Of a stretch of DNA of 13,588 nt, positions 1 to 9,634 are shown piece after piece. Location of the stretch: positions 1 to 13,588 of the forward strand of contig JBFRWD010000114.1 of the NCBI GenBank assembly GCA_051439425.1. The letters are read 5' to 3'. Within the stretch, counting starts at the first letter, position 1. Every line of letters starts with the position of its first letter. The position numbers and the translations under genes were made by a program. The stretch comes from Synechococcus sp. (GTDB lineage Bacteria; Cyanobacteriota; Cyanobacteriia; Thermostichales; PCC-7336). A model generated the notes under the pieces. The model was not told the DNA's origin. It saw only the letters and a program-made list of their open reading frames with translations, and made no database searches.

Positions 1-60
1 CACTTGCAAGACCACTTTGGCCTTAAATTCAGCCGTGTATTGTCGTCGATTTCCGCTCAT
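1..60 (-). CDS. IS3-family transposase OrfA, N-terminal fragment (partial)
   Basis: Manual translation gives MSGNRRQYTAEFKAKVVLQV, matching the typical OrfA HTH start (RRxY/FTxEFKxxxV). It is not in the ORF track. Confidence 0.8.
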   Translation of the reverse strand, partial: MSGNRRQYTAEFKAKVVLQV

Positions 61-122
61 AGCTGCCCCTTTCGTGGAACAAGGATACTGCTCTTCGCCT
101 TGTGTCCGAATTTGGGGGGTCA
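1..122 (-). mobile_element. Left end of an IS3-family insertion sequence (truncated by the window edge)
   Basis: The minus strand from 122 reads TGACCCCCCAAATTCGGACACAAGG, a 5'-TG terminus with an IS3-like left inverted repeat. A purine-rich RBS (AAAGGGG) and an OrfA-like start follow at 60. The right end is outside the window. Confidence 0.8.
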
Positions 123-373
123 CTTCAGGCCATTGTTCTGCCCACGACCAAAGCATGCTGAATAACTTATTGACGGCATTACGTCGCAATCAGGTTCAAT
201 ATGCATATCCACAGAAAATAGGGCCTTTAAAGTAGTGCCAGTGTTCGAGTAATACAGCCTCGGATGCGTGAAGGTTTATATTCCCAAGCAAGTAAACATC
301 GGTTGGACGTTCGCACGAATTATGAAACGAGCTGAGGTATGGTCAAGTCGATAATGTTTGCAGAACGCGACCC

Positions 374-1591
374 ATGACATCCTCTCCTGTTACTACTCCT
401 CTCAGTTGGTCTGAACTTGAAGCCAAGACCAGCGGCTTCTCTGTTGACGTAACCAATGGACCCACGAATTCGCAGGCTCGTTTGAGGTTGTTTGGTCAAG
501 GCGAGTCAGATGTGCGAGTGACGCTGTATCGCGATAATCATGCGTGGTGTCCTTACTGTCAGAAGGTTTGGTTGTGGCTAGAGGAAAAGCAGGTTCCTTA
601 CCGCATCGAGAAAGTGACGATGTTCTGCTACGGCCAAAAGGAACGCTGGTACAAGCAGATCGTGCCTTCTGGAATGCTGCCTGCATTGAAACTCGATCGC
701 CGAGTGATTACTGAAAGCGACGATATCTTGCTGGCTTTGGAGCAAGCATTTGGCCCGTTGGGTAAAGGAATGAAGGACTCTGCGGTCTTGCCGTTGCGGA
801 AATTGGAGCGATTGCTGTTTCGGGCCTGGTGCATGTGGCTGTGTTATCCTAGCCGCTCGTCTCAAGACGAGCGGCGCAGCAGGGAGCAGTTTGTCGAAGT
901 GGCTCGAAGAGTGGAGCAAGCGTTGAGTCAGACTCCGGGGCCGTTTTTCCTTGAGGACTTCTCCACTGCAGATATCGTGTTTGTACCGTATGTGGAGCGC
1001 ATGCACGCTAGTCTTTATTACTACAAGGGGTATTCTATGCGGGACGAGCATCCTCGACTAGCGGAGTGGTTTGACGGATTGGAGCAGCTAGCAACTTATC
1101 GAGGAACCCAAAGCGATTTTCACACTCACGTTCATGACTTACCGCCACAAATGGGTGGATGTTATAGCAATGATGAGCCCGCTGCTTTGAACAATCAGAA
1201 ACGTGTGGATGCTGGCCCTTGGACCGGACTGCCGGATGTAATGTATGTCGAACCCGCAACTGCCCCAATTGAAGCTTTACATCGCGTCCTCAAGCATCGG
1301 AGCAATATTATCAGGGTTAATCCAGCGAACGATCGTGTATTTGACGAAGCATTGCGCTGTGCACTGACGTTTATGATGACCGGCAATGTTTGTGTGCCCC
1401 CTCCCGAGAGCGATCGCGCTTTGCGATACCTTCGCGATCGGATCAACGTCCCTCGCGATATGTCTATTTACGCAGCCAAACGACTGCGGGAATCGCTCGA
1501 GGCAACAGCCGCATTAGTAGGAGATGGTCAGGGACTACCTATTCCAATTCAACATCGTCGAGATCAAAATCCTGCCGAGTTTGCTGGCTAG
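374..1591 (+). CDS. Glutathione S-transferase family protein (Cys-GST, CPYC active site)
   Basis: [15 protein letters not shown] active site, G-x-LP cis-Pro region (VPSGMLPAL), TESDDI motif, [14 protein letters not shown]-domain motif and a C-terminal extension. Confidence 0.88.
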   Translation: MTSSPVTTPLSWSELEAKTSGFSVDVTNGPTNSQARLRLFGQGESDVRVTLYRDNHAWCPYCQKVWLWLEEKQVPYRIEKVTMFCYGQKERWYKQIVPSGMLPALKLDRRVITESDDILLALEQAFGPLGKGMKDSAVLPLRKLERLLFRAWCMWLCYPSRSSQDERRSREQFVEVARRVEQALSQTPGPFFLEDFSTADIVFVPYVERMHASLYYYKGYSMRDEHPRLAEWFDGLEQLATYRGTQSDFHTHVHDLPPQMGGCYSNDEPAALNNQKRVDAGPWTGLPDVMYVEPATAPIEALHRVLKHRSNIIRVNPANDRVFDEALRCALTFMMTGNVCVPPPESDRALRYLRDRINVPRDMSIYAAKRLRESLEATAALVGDGQGLPIPIQHRRDQNPAEFAG

Positions 1592-1630
1592 CGATGACTT
1601 CGTACTGAGATGAGAGATGTTGTATCGAGA

Positions 1631-2158
1631 CTACTCAATATCGGCGAGCGGGACGGGCTCAGTAGGTGGTGAGTCAAAGAACTCATCAGCATCACTGGCT
1701 GAGGTTGTGCTGCTGGTAGGGACGGGGTCAGGTGATTCCTGGAGTGGTGTTTGAGCAACCAATAAGTCTTCTACTGGGACTCCTCCAAGCACATGCTCTT
1801 GAAGAATCCGTTCGATCGCCGCTGGAGTGACAGCTCGATACCAATATCCTCCGGGATACATCAACAGAATTGGACCAGGTATCTGGTAGTCACATCCTCG
1901 CAAGCAATTTGCCTTGCTGCGATGAACCTGCTCGGTGCCGCTATCTAGCCCTAATTCCTTTATGCGTTTCTTCAAATAGAGCCATGTCTCCAAACCTGCA
2001 GGCTTTTTGCAGCATTTGGGTTTAGTCTGATCGGCACACAATAAAATATGCCATTTGAACTGAGGCAATTGAACCGCTGCTCGGTACGAGTCATCTGCGA
2101 CATGTTGAGTCTCGGCCATGATGGGAGTAGAAGAAACGCTTGTGCAGTTCGTATGCAT
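1631..2158 (-). CDS. Thioredoxin-like (2Fe-2S) ferredoxin domain protein
   Basis: HILLCADQTKPKCC...RSKANCLRGC...GPILLMYPGGYWY...ERILQEHVLGGVPV pattern with an acidic, low-complexity tail. The true start may be the internal ATG (MAETQ) at 2119. Confidence 0.85.
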   Translation of the reverse strand: MHTNCTSVSSTPIMAETQHVADDSYRAAVQLPQFKWHILLCADQTKPKCCKKPAGLETWLYLKKRIKELGLDSGTEQVHRSKANCLRGCDYQIPGPILLMYPGGYWYRAVTPAAIERILQEHVLGGVPVEDLLVAQTPLQESPDPVPTSSTTSASDADEFFDSPPTEPVPLADIE

Positions 2159-2367
2159 TATATTGCGACCGCAGGAGATTGCTTGGTGAGGTTACTGACA
2201 GCTCAAAGTTAATGAAAGGCGATCGTCGACTCCACTAACGAAGTTTCCTAGAGTTTTTTTTCGTAAAATCCTCATCGTCTGCTTAGTATTTTGAAATATT
2301 GAGGTCAATGCATGACTACTCGAACAATTGAATCCTGACATTCTGTTGCCCCTTTAGAAATAGAGAT

Positions 2368-2399
2368 AAAAACGCCCCAGCCTACAAGCAGGCTGAGGC
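2368..2399 (-). terminator. Intrinsic terminator for the 2421..2684 ORF
   Basis: The minus strand reads GCCTCAGCCT-GCTTGT-AGGCTGGGGC then GTTTTT, about 20 bp after the stop codon. Confidence 0.65.
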
Positions 2400-2420
2400 A
2401 TTCGGGGTTGAACAACAGAT

Positions 2421-2684
2421 TTACTGTTCGAGAAGCGACAGCTTTAAATATTCAGATAAAGATATCAGATGCTTGTAGGCGAACCCTAGCAGAACGATAA
2501 ATGCGCTGACTGTATACCCGACCAGCATCAATACCCAAGCCAAGGGAGCTAAGAGCGCAGTCAAAATCAATGGACCAACACTACGGTTCCAGTAGGACGG
2601 CCTGGTATTGGATAGTTCTCTATTACTTAAAATGCAAAGGGTTAAATCTTCACCGAACGGTTTTACACAGTCTCTTTGAGTCAT
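2421..2684 (-). CDS. Small hypothetical membrane protein
   Basis: 87 aa with a long hydrophobic stretch (VGPLILTALLAPLAWVLMLVGYTVSAFIVLLGFAY), followed by a terminator on the same strand. Confidence 0.5.
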   Translation of the reverse strand: MTQRDCVKPFGEDLTLCILSNRELSNTRPSYWNRSVGPLILTALLAPLAWVLMLVGYTVSAFIVLLGFAYKHLISLSEYLKLSLLEQ

Positions 2685-2960
2685 ATCTGTTTCGTTCCGA
2701 GGGGGAATGAGCTATAACCTGATGCCTAAAGGCGTTTGTATTGCCTTACAGCACGCTAAACAATCAATTGATGAATGCTTAAGTTGTTTCTATTGTGCTC
2801 GAACTTTTTGGGAGCGATACGCTCCTTATGACAGACAGCATTGCGGAAATCGGTGGCACGACTCCTTTTTCGATCTATTTTTTTTCATTGCTTTCATGAT
2901 ATTTATTCTTGAAGAAGCAACCCCAAAAAACAACTACCGACAACTGTATTCACCCTGTAT

Positions 2961-2991
2961 AAAAATCACCCTGCATTCGTGCAGGGTGATT
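2961..2991 (-). terminator. Intrinsic terminator for the 3037..3402 gene
   Basis: Perfect 12-bp stem AATCACCCTGCA-TTCG-TGCAGGGTGATT with an A-run on the left, which is a U-tract on the minus strand. Confidence 0.75.
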
Positions 2992-3036
2992 GATGTTAAG
3001 GAAGAGATGTAAAGAAAAAGTAACTGGCGGCTCTGC

Positions 3037-3402
3037 TTAGAAACCGTGCTCTGAATCTAGTGCGACTGCGCAGCCTTGGACGTGATGGCAGCTATACATT
3101 GAAACTTGAAGGGTGAAATAGCCCTCATATGGGGCTGTAACGATCGGAAAATCGTCAGAGAGAGAATCTTGAGAAACTAGAGTGCGGCCATCGTATAAGA
3201 AAAGGTCCATGTCGGAACAGTCGATATCGCAAGCACCGTAGATAGCCTCACCAGCCAAGAAGTAGCCAGAAACAGTTGCTGTTTGATTGTCATACAGCAA
3301 CAGCTCGCGGCTTTGGGCTTTCGCCTCTTCTGCTTGTAATCCTAAGAGGGCAGAGCCAGCGATCAGGGCGGAAATAGCAACGGTACGGAAGTGCTTGAAC
3401 AT
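3037..3402 (-). CDS. Small secreted hypothetical protein (PPC-like beta domain)
   Basis: Clear Sec signal peptide (MFKHFR, hydrophobic core, AKA cleavage site). The ACDIDCSDMDLFLYD...DSLSDDFP pattern resembles pre-peptidase C-terminal-like domains. A terminator lies downstream. Confidence 0.75.
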   Translation of the reverse strand: MFKHFRTVAISALIAGSALLGLQAEEAKAQSRELLLYDNQTATVSGYFLAGEAIYGACDIDCSDMDLFLYDGRTLVSQDSLSDDFPIVTAPYEGYFTLQVSMYSCHHVQGCAVALDSEHGF

Positions 3403-3656
3403 GGGAAATCCTTTTCATTTCGCTCGATGAAATTAGTTTCCCGGTATTGTCTTAATTACTCTGCGATCGCCATCTCCTATCAGATGCGATCCAAATCACT
3501 TACAAAACTTTTAGGAATGAATTAGCTGCCCAATAAAATAGGTTAAGCCTAGCTGTACTCCTAGCCAGGCGGGCATGAGATATCTTGTCTGAGTCAGAAA
3601 GCAAGAAAATCTTTTTGCTTCAACCTCTCTATTGACATCTTTCTTGCTTTCACCGT

Positions 3657-4550
3657 ATGCCAGTTACCCCTGCAACTTTGTATCTTGTCGCGACCCCGAT
3701 CGGAAATTTAGAGGATATTTCTCGGAGATCGCTGCGCATTTTGGACGAGGTGGATTGTATTGCGGCGGAAGATACTCGCCATTCTGGTCAGCTACTAAAG
3801 CATTTTGATATTTCCACCCCCCAGATGAGCTACCACACCCACAATATTGCTCGCCGTACCCCCGAGCTAGTGGAAAGACTGGCCAACGGGGAGACAATCG
3901 CTCTGATAACCGATGCTGGCATGCCTGGGATTTCCGATCCGGGGGTGGAGTTGGTTCAGGCTTGTGCAGCCGCCAATATTGCGGTTGTTCCCATCCCTGG
4001 CCCGACCGCAATTATTTGTGCGTTAGTTGCCTCTGGATTGCCAACTCAGCGGTTTGTATTCGAGGGCTTTTTGCCGACAGTCAAAAAAGAGCGGCGAGAG
4101 GTACTGCAACTGATCTCCAAAGAAGCTCGCACAGTTGTCTTTTACGAGGCCCCCCATCGACTGGTTCGCACCTTGAATGAACTACTCGAACATGTGGAGG
4201 AGACCCGAGAAATTGTGCTGGCCCGGGAGTTAACGAAGCGCTACGAAGAATTTTGGCGGGGAACTGTTGCTGGGGCTCTTGAAGAATTTCAGGTGCGATC
4301 GCCCAAGGGGGAATTCACCATTGTGTTGGCCGGATTAGACTCCAGAGAAGAAGTAGTTAGCGATGAGGCTTTACTAACACAGTTACGTCGGCTAATGGGG
4401 GACGGTTTATCGCGTTCTCGGGCAGCAAAGCAATTGGCAAAAGAAACAGGAGGCGATCGTAAGCGAATCTATCAGTTGTCTTTAAAGGCAGACGACGACA
4501 CTGCTGTCGCGTCCGATCCCACCCCATCGGGTGAGAGCAATCCTGTCTGA
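3657..4550 (+). CDS. rsmI: 16S rRNA (cytidine(1402)-2'-O)-methyltransferase
   Basis: LYLVATPIGNLEDIS, AAEDTRHS, TDAGMPGISDPG, FEGFLP, FYEAPHRL, ARELTKRYEE and PKGEFTIV signature motifs. Confidence 0.97.
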   Translation: MPVTPATLYLVATPIGNLEDISRRSLRILDEVDCIAAEDTRHSGQLLKHFDISTPQMSYHTHNIARRTPELVERLANGETIALITDAGMPGISDPGVELVQACAAANIAVVPIPGPTAIICALVASGLPTQRFVFEGFLPTVKKERREVLQLISKEARTVVFYEAPHRLVRTLNELLEHVEETREIVLARELTKRYEEFWRGTVAGALEEFQVRSPKGEFTIVLAGLDSREEVVSDEALLTQLRRLMGDGLSRSRAAKQLAKETGGDRKRIYQLSLKADDDTAVASDPTPSGESNPV

Positions 4551-4629
4551 GTAGAGCTTCCAAATTCGTTCAATGAAGAAGAGTAGCGACGCGGTTAGTA
4601 ACGCTACCAAGTAAAGATAGTATGAATAA

Positions 4630-5658
<1,029 letters not shown>

Positions 5659-5686
5659 TTCTGCTTCAGTGTTCGGATAGATGTAA

Positions 5687-5719
5687 GCGTTCTCTCATTC
5701 GTCGAGAGGGCGTTTTTTT
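5687..5719 (+). terminator. Intrinsic terminator after hemB
   Basis: GCGTTCTCTC-ATTCGTC-GAGAGGGCGT stem (with G-U pairs) followed by a T-run. Confidence 0.7.
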
Positions 5720-5738
5720 GGGGGGATTTAGTCCAAAT

Positions 5739-6593
5739 ATGCGTCGACACCTGTTGCCCAACCAATTGACATTCCCCAGTGGACATCGAGCTGTGTATCG
5801 GGATTGGGGAGAAGGTAATCCTGTGGTGTTTTTGCATGGGCTGATGGGCAGTCATCGGCATTGGTTGGGGCTGATGCAGGGATTGAAGCGGCAATATCGT
5901 TGCGTGGCGATCGACTTGCTAGGGTTTGGGGACTCTAGCGAGTCTGAACAGGAGTGTGGAGTTAGCGAACAGGTTGCGTTTGTGAGGGAGGTTGTACAGG
6001 CGCTAGACCTTGATCGCTACGTGCTAGTTGGCCACTCTTTGGGGGGCTGGATTGCAGCTGAGTACTCCCTGTTGTATCAAGACGAAATGGCGGGGTTGAT
6101 ATTGGCTGCTCCAGCGGGAATCCGCGATCGCTCCTTCAATCGCCACTATCTATTGCGCTGGCCCCTAACGTGGAATACGAACTGGATTGATTGGGGGCTA
6201 GGTATCGCCTCGCGCATTTACGGCTACTTTGGGCAACAAGATCGCCTCTCCCCTCTACTGCTCGAACGTAAGGAATTCTTGGTACACCCCACTGCCCGAT
6301 GGTTTGTGCGAGCCCGTGCGTTTGGTCATGTCCGCGATCGCCCAATCGAACCCAGTCTAGGTCGAATACATACTCCTGCCTTAGTCATAGCTGCCGAAAG
6401 CGATCGCCTCATCCCAAGATGGTGTTGCGAACAATATGCCAACAAAATGCAACAGGCCGAGCTGCAGATACTGTCCCAAGCATCCCACCGATTACCCATC
6501 GAGCATTGGAGAGAAATGCTGCCGATCGTCGAAAAGTTTCTGGTTGCCTTGCAAGACTCACAGCAAGCCGAGTCCGTAAACAACAACGCCTAA
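5739..6593 (+). CDS. Alpha/beta fold hydrolase
   Basis: VVFLHG oxyanion motif, DLLGFGDS, nucleophile elbow GHSLGG, Asp (ESDRLIP) and His (ASHRLP) of the triad. The ATG at 5739 is preferred over the TTG at 5718, which lies in the hemB terminator tail. Confidence 0.9.
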   Translation: MRRHLLPNQLTFPSGHRAVYRDWGEGNPVVFLHGLMGSHRHWLGLMQGLKRQYRCVAIDLLGFGDSSESEQECGVSEQVAFVREVVQALDLDRYVLVGHSLGGWIAAEYSLLYQDEMAGLILAAPAGIRDRSFNRHYLLRWPLTWNTNWIDWGLGIASRIYGYFGQQDRLSPLLLERKEFLVHPTARWFVRARAFGHVRDRPIEPSLGRIHTPALVIAAESDRLIPRWCCEQYANKMQQAELQILSQASHRLPIEHWREMLPIVEKFLVALQDSQQAESVNNNA

Positions 6594-7625
6594 TAGTGCA
6601 GTGACTGCGCACAGTACTGCTACAACCGTCGTTTCCTGCCAACCCCCCAGCTCAAGATGATGATGGAGAGGAGACATGCGCAATAATCTCCGCCCTTCGC
6701 CGAATTTCCGTTTGGTGTATTTGAAATAGCCCACCTGCAACATTACAGATAATGCTTCTGCAATGAAGACGGCCCCCGCGATCGCCAACGCCCATAAGCA
6801 GTTACCGAGTAACGAGATCGTTGCTAGTGCCCCTCCCAAAGCCAGCGAGCCCGTGTCTCCCATAAACACTTTGGCGGGGTTGCGATTGTGTGCCAAGAAT
6901 CCGACGCAGCTTCCCGATAAGGCGACTGCCATCATGGCTAAATCAGGCTGGGGGACGACCACAGCTAACGCCACTAATGCGATTGCGACCGTACTGGTGG
7001 CCAAACCATCCAAACCATCCGTCAAGTTCACGGCATTATTTGCCCCCAGCAAGACGAATAACGCTAGCGGCCAAAATAGTAGTCCTAGAGACAGGCTCCC
7101 CATTAATGGAAAAACTAGGGTCGTGCCGAGAAAGCCCAAGCGTGAAAATGCTATACAAGCAATCAGAGCTACGAACACTTGAAGGCCAAGTTTGACCTTT
7201 GGAGCAATACCTTTATTGGATTGTTGACGGATAACAGTCCAGTCATCCAGAAGTCCAATTGCGCCAAAACCCAGCACTGTTGCTGCAACGGCGATCGCCA
7301 AGGGAGTTGCTCTCGTCAATACCAATCCGAGGGTCAAACCAACGGGGATGAAGTAAAGTCCTCCCATCGTTGGAGTGCCGCCCTTTTTCAAGTGGGCTTG
7401 AGGTCCCTCTGTACGAATAATTTGACCTGTTTTGAGACGGAGTAACAACGGTACGGCAACTATTCCTATTAAAGAGACGAGCGCGGCCGAACATATGAAA
7501 GGAAGAAGCATTGCAGGTTGCCATAACCATAGCGATATGACTAGGCCTGCAATCGCGGCGATCGCCACCCCCGTTCCGCTCCACCGCACAGGAAACCCCA
7601 CGTATTCAACTTGTTGTCTGGACAC
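6558..7625 (-). CDS. mraY: Phospho-N-acetylmuramoyl-pentapeptide transferase
   Basis: GPQAHLKKGGTPTMGG, IGLLDD, NAVNLTDGLDGLA, PAKVFMGDTGSLALG and MSPLHHHLEL motifs. The start is placed at GTG 7625 behind a GGGAG RBS; the open frame extends to TTG 7640. Confidence 0.97.
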   Translation of the reverse strand: MSRQQVEYVGFPVRWSGTGVAIAAIAGLVISLWLWQPAMLLPFICSAALVSLIGIVAVPLLLRLKTGQIIRTEGPQAHLKKGGTPTMGGLYFIPVGLTLGLVLTRATPLAIAVAATVLGFGAIGLLDDWTVIRQQSNKGIAPKVKLGLQVFVALIACIAFSRLGFLGTTLVFPLMGSLSLGLLFWPLALFVLLGANNAVNLTDGLDGLATSTVAIALVALAVVVPQPDLAMMAVALSGSCVGFLAHNRNPAKVFMGDTGSLALGGALATISLLGNCLWALAIAGAVFIAEALSVMLQVGYFKYTKRKFGEGRRLLRMSPLHHHLELGGWQETTVVAVLCAVTALLGVVVYGLGLL

Positions 7626-7884
7626 TACCACCACTCCCAATAAGCCAGCGCCTCTGAGGGAAACACAGTTTCGCCATCAATCCTCTGTTGAACTGACATG
7701 GTGTGCCATGCCCACAACACTAAGAACGTTATGCCGCTGTAGCCTTTGATTTCACCATCAGCCTACAGGGTTGCCTATCAAAAAGCTCTGCTGCTTTCCC
7801 TACGCTCGGGTCTTGGTTGCCACTCACTTAGCAGCGATCGTCCCTGGAGGATTTTTCGATCCAGCTATTTTCTGCCCAAACGTC

Positions 7885-7893
7885 TGTTAAGAT
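7885..7893 (+). promoter_or_regulatory. Possible extended -10 promoter element for tRNA-Ser
   Basis: TGTTAAGAT (TGn-TAAGAT) about 75 bp upstream of the tRNA. Motif match only. Confidence 0.3.
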
Positions 7894-7966
7894 ACTTAAG
7901 CTGAAAGCAGTCTAGGCTGTACCCGCACTGACTTCACTCGCTTCGGTTCGGGTTAATAACGCCTCT

Positions 7967-8054
7967 GGAGAGGTGGCCGAGTGGTCGAAGGCGCAGCACT
8001 GGAAATGCTGTGTAGCGTAACCCGCTACCGTGGGTTCGAATCCCACCCTCTCCG
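7967..8054 (+). tRNA. tRNA-Ser(GGA)
   Basis: Acceptor stem GGAGAGG/CCTCTCC with G discriminator, anticodon arm CAGCA-CTGGAAA-TGCTG (GGA at 8001-8003), long variable arm GTAGCG..CGCTAC and T-loop TTCGAAT. CCA is not encoded. Confidence 0.97.
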
Positions 8055-8073
8055 TTTTGTCTAATCATTTGCA

Positions 8074-8109
8074 GCCCGAGTCCTTCTCTTTAGGACTCGG
8101 GCCTTTTGT
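8074..8109 (+). terminator. Intrinsic terminator after tRNA-Ser
   Basis: Perfect 11-bp stem GCCCGAGTCCT-TCTCTTT-AGGACTCGGGC followed by CTTTTGT. Confidence 0.8.
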
Positions 8110-8363
8110 ATGGATGCGATCGACATCCCCTCATCATCGCCATCGGCGGATCTTTCTGTCCAGGTAGGACGCCGATAGTGTTCACCTCGCGTGGTTCCTG
8201 TAAAGAGTCAGGGGGTATTTCTAGATATTCAATACCTTTCAACTACATAAAATGACTTGGATATCAAAAAGTATATCTCTATAAGCATATTCTAGTTTCC
8301 CATATCTGTTCATTTATGAATGACATACTATATGTTTTCCGTAAAGCATGCACCATATACACT

Positions 8364-9098
8364 TCAGAAATTTTTTATGTCTTGTAATCGTAAATTGGCT
8401 AGTTCAATATTGGATGAGATCGTAGAAATCCATATTTGATGCACCCTTCTATAACTTAATCGTGTAACTTTATTTGTTACAGGGTGTTGAGCTGTGAACA
8501 GAGCTTCGGCATGGTCGTGTCTGTAAAAGCGTAGATATTTTTTAAGGCAAAGAGTGACATCATCCGAAAAGTGATGGAGACTGATTTCCCCATCTTTTGT
8601 AGAGGCCGTAAATTGGCATGTCTCTAGGTCAATATCTGTGAGATTTAATGCTAGTAGTTGACGGATACTGGCCTTGGTGTTGTTGGATAACCTAACGAGC
8701 AATTGAAGGCGGCAATCATTGCCAACCGCCTCGTACAGCAGCTCGAATTGACGAGGAGTGATGGTTTGCTGGCGATCGCGGTTTTTGCGGTTATCCGATG
8801 AATAGCTCTTAGGGCGGCGGCTATTTCCAATCGGGTTTGTCTTGGCATATCCTTGCTCGATCGCGTAGTTGAACAACGATTGCAGAATGACCTTGTGTCG
8901 ATTGAGCGTATTGCTGGAAAGATGAGATTGTCTTTTTAGATAGCTGTAGACTAACTTAGAATCGAGCAAATTAATATGTATGCGGCCATACTTCTCCAAA
9001 AATGGAAGTAGAGCTATTTCATATGATATTGCTGTAGCTTTCGCTAAGTTCGGTCGATCTAAAAACTGCGTAGCTACTGTGGCAAGAGGGAGAGTCAC
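8364..9098 (-). CDS. Tyrosine recombinase/integrase homologue, C-terminally truncated and lacking catalytic motifs (possible pseudogene)
   Basis: SAM-like N-domain (TLNRHKVILQSLFNYAIEQGYAKTNP) and box I-like TKASIRQLLALNLTDIDL with the Arg absent. It ends at LRLQDIKNF where HxLRH is expected, and there is no LGH...Y box II. The likely start is GTG 9098; the open frame extends to 9167. Confidence 0.8.
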   Translation of the reverse strand: MTLPLATVATQFLDRPNLAKATAISYEIALLPFLEKYGRIHINLLDSKLVYSYLKRQSHLSSNTLNRHKVILQSLFNYAIEQGYAKTNPIGNSRRPKSYSSDNRKNRDRQQTITPRQFELLYEAVGNDCRLQLLVRLSNNTKASIRQLLALNLTDIDLETCQFTASTKDGEISLHHFSDDVTLCLKKYLRFYRHDHAEALFTAQHPVTNKVTRLSYRRVHQIWISTISSNIELANLRLQDIKNF

Positions 9099-9112
9099 AA
9101 TGTATAATGAAA

Positions 9113-9152
9113 ATCGGAAAGTATATTTTCTAGTTAAACTATACTTTCTGAT
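9113..9152. promoter_or_regulatory. 17-6-17 inverted repeat, putative operator between divergent genes
   Basis: ATCGGAAAGTATATTTT-CTAGTT-AAACTATACTTTCTGAT, with arms 15/17 complementary. A TATAAT lies immediately left at 9103-9108. Confidence 0.65.
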
Positions 9153-9175
9153 GACACGTCTGGACACAGCCTTTC

Positions 9176-9634
9176 ATGCAGTCTATAGATTCTGATAAAC
9201 TTCCTCAGTCAGGAGAATCTCTAGCAGAGTATTTGCGACGCTTGCGAATGGAGCTAGGACTAACGCAAAAAGAAGTGGCGACGAAGGCCGGAATCCATCT
9301 GCAAAGCCTAGGAAAGCTAGAGCGCGGAATATCCGCCAGGTTGAATAGCAAGTCCAAGAATGGTCTGGCAGTGGCGCTGCAAGTGCCTAGCGAGTATTTC
9401 GATGCATTGGTGAAAGGTAAGGATATTGTCGATATTGCCGCTGGTTTGAAGTTTTGCCCCGTATGTTGGCAACCCGGTACCTTACCGGATTCATTGTGGA
9501 TGCACGAGAGGGCGAAATTCTGCTTTGCTTGCGGTACTCAGCTACGAAATCGGTGTGCAAACTGTAACGAACCGATTTCATCACTCAAGCATCGATTCTG
9601 CCCCTACTGCGGTACGTCTTATAAGAAAGGGTAG
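9176..9634 (+). CDS. Xre-family HTH protein with C-terminal double zinc ribbon
   Basis: LRRLRMELGLTQKEVATKAGIHLQSLGKLERG HTH and four CxxC pairs (CPVC, CFAC, CANC, CPYC). Confidence 0.9.
   Translation: MQSIDSDKLPQSGESLAEYLRRLRMELGLTQKEVATKAGIHLQSLGKLERGISARLNSKSKNGLAVALQVPSEYFDALVKGKDIVDIAAGLKFCPVCWQPGTLPDSLWMHERAKFCFACGTQLRNRCANCNEPISSLKHRFCPYCGTSYKKG

Noticed and set aside
17..235. 72-aa plus-strand ORF
   Set aside because: It is antisense to the IS3 OrfA start, crosses the IS end, and has no recognisable motif.
2707..3012. 101-aa plus-strand ORF
   Set aside because: It runs through a terminator hairpin and low-complexity T/A runs and is probably spurious.
5728..5740. TTAGTCCAAATAT as a copy of the 13-bp arm
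   Set aside because: Only a 10/13 match, located in the core region overlapping a start codon, and compatible with chance.
9099..9167. Extended N-terminus of the integrase ORF (start at 9167)
   Set aside because: It would span the palindrome and promoter region and leave only 8 bp to the divergent gene. GTG 9098 is more plausible.
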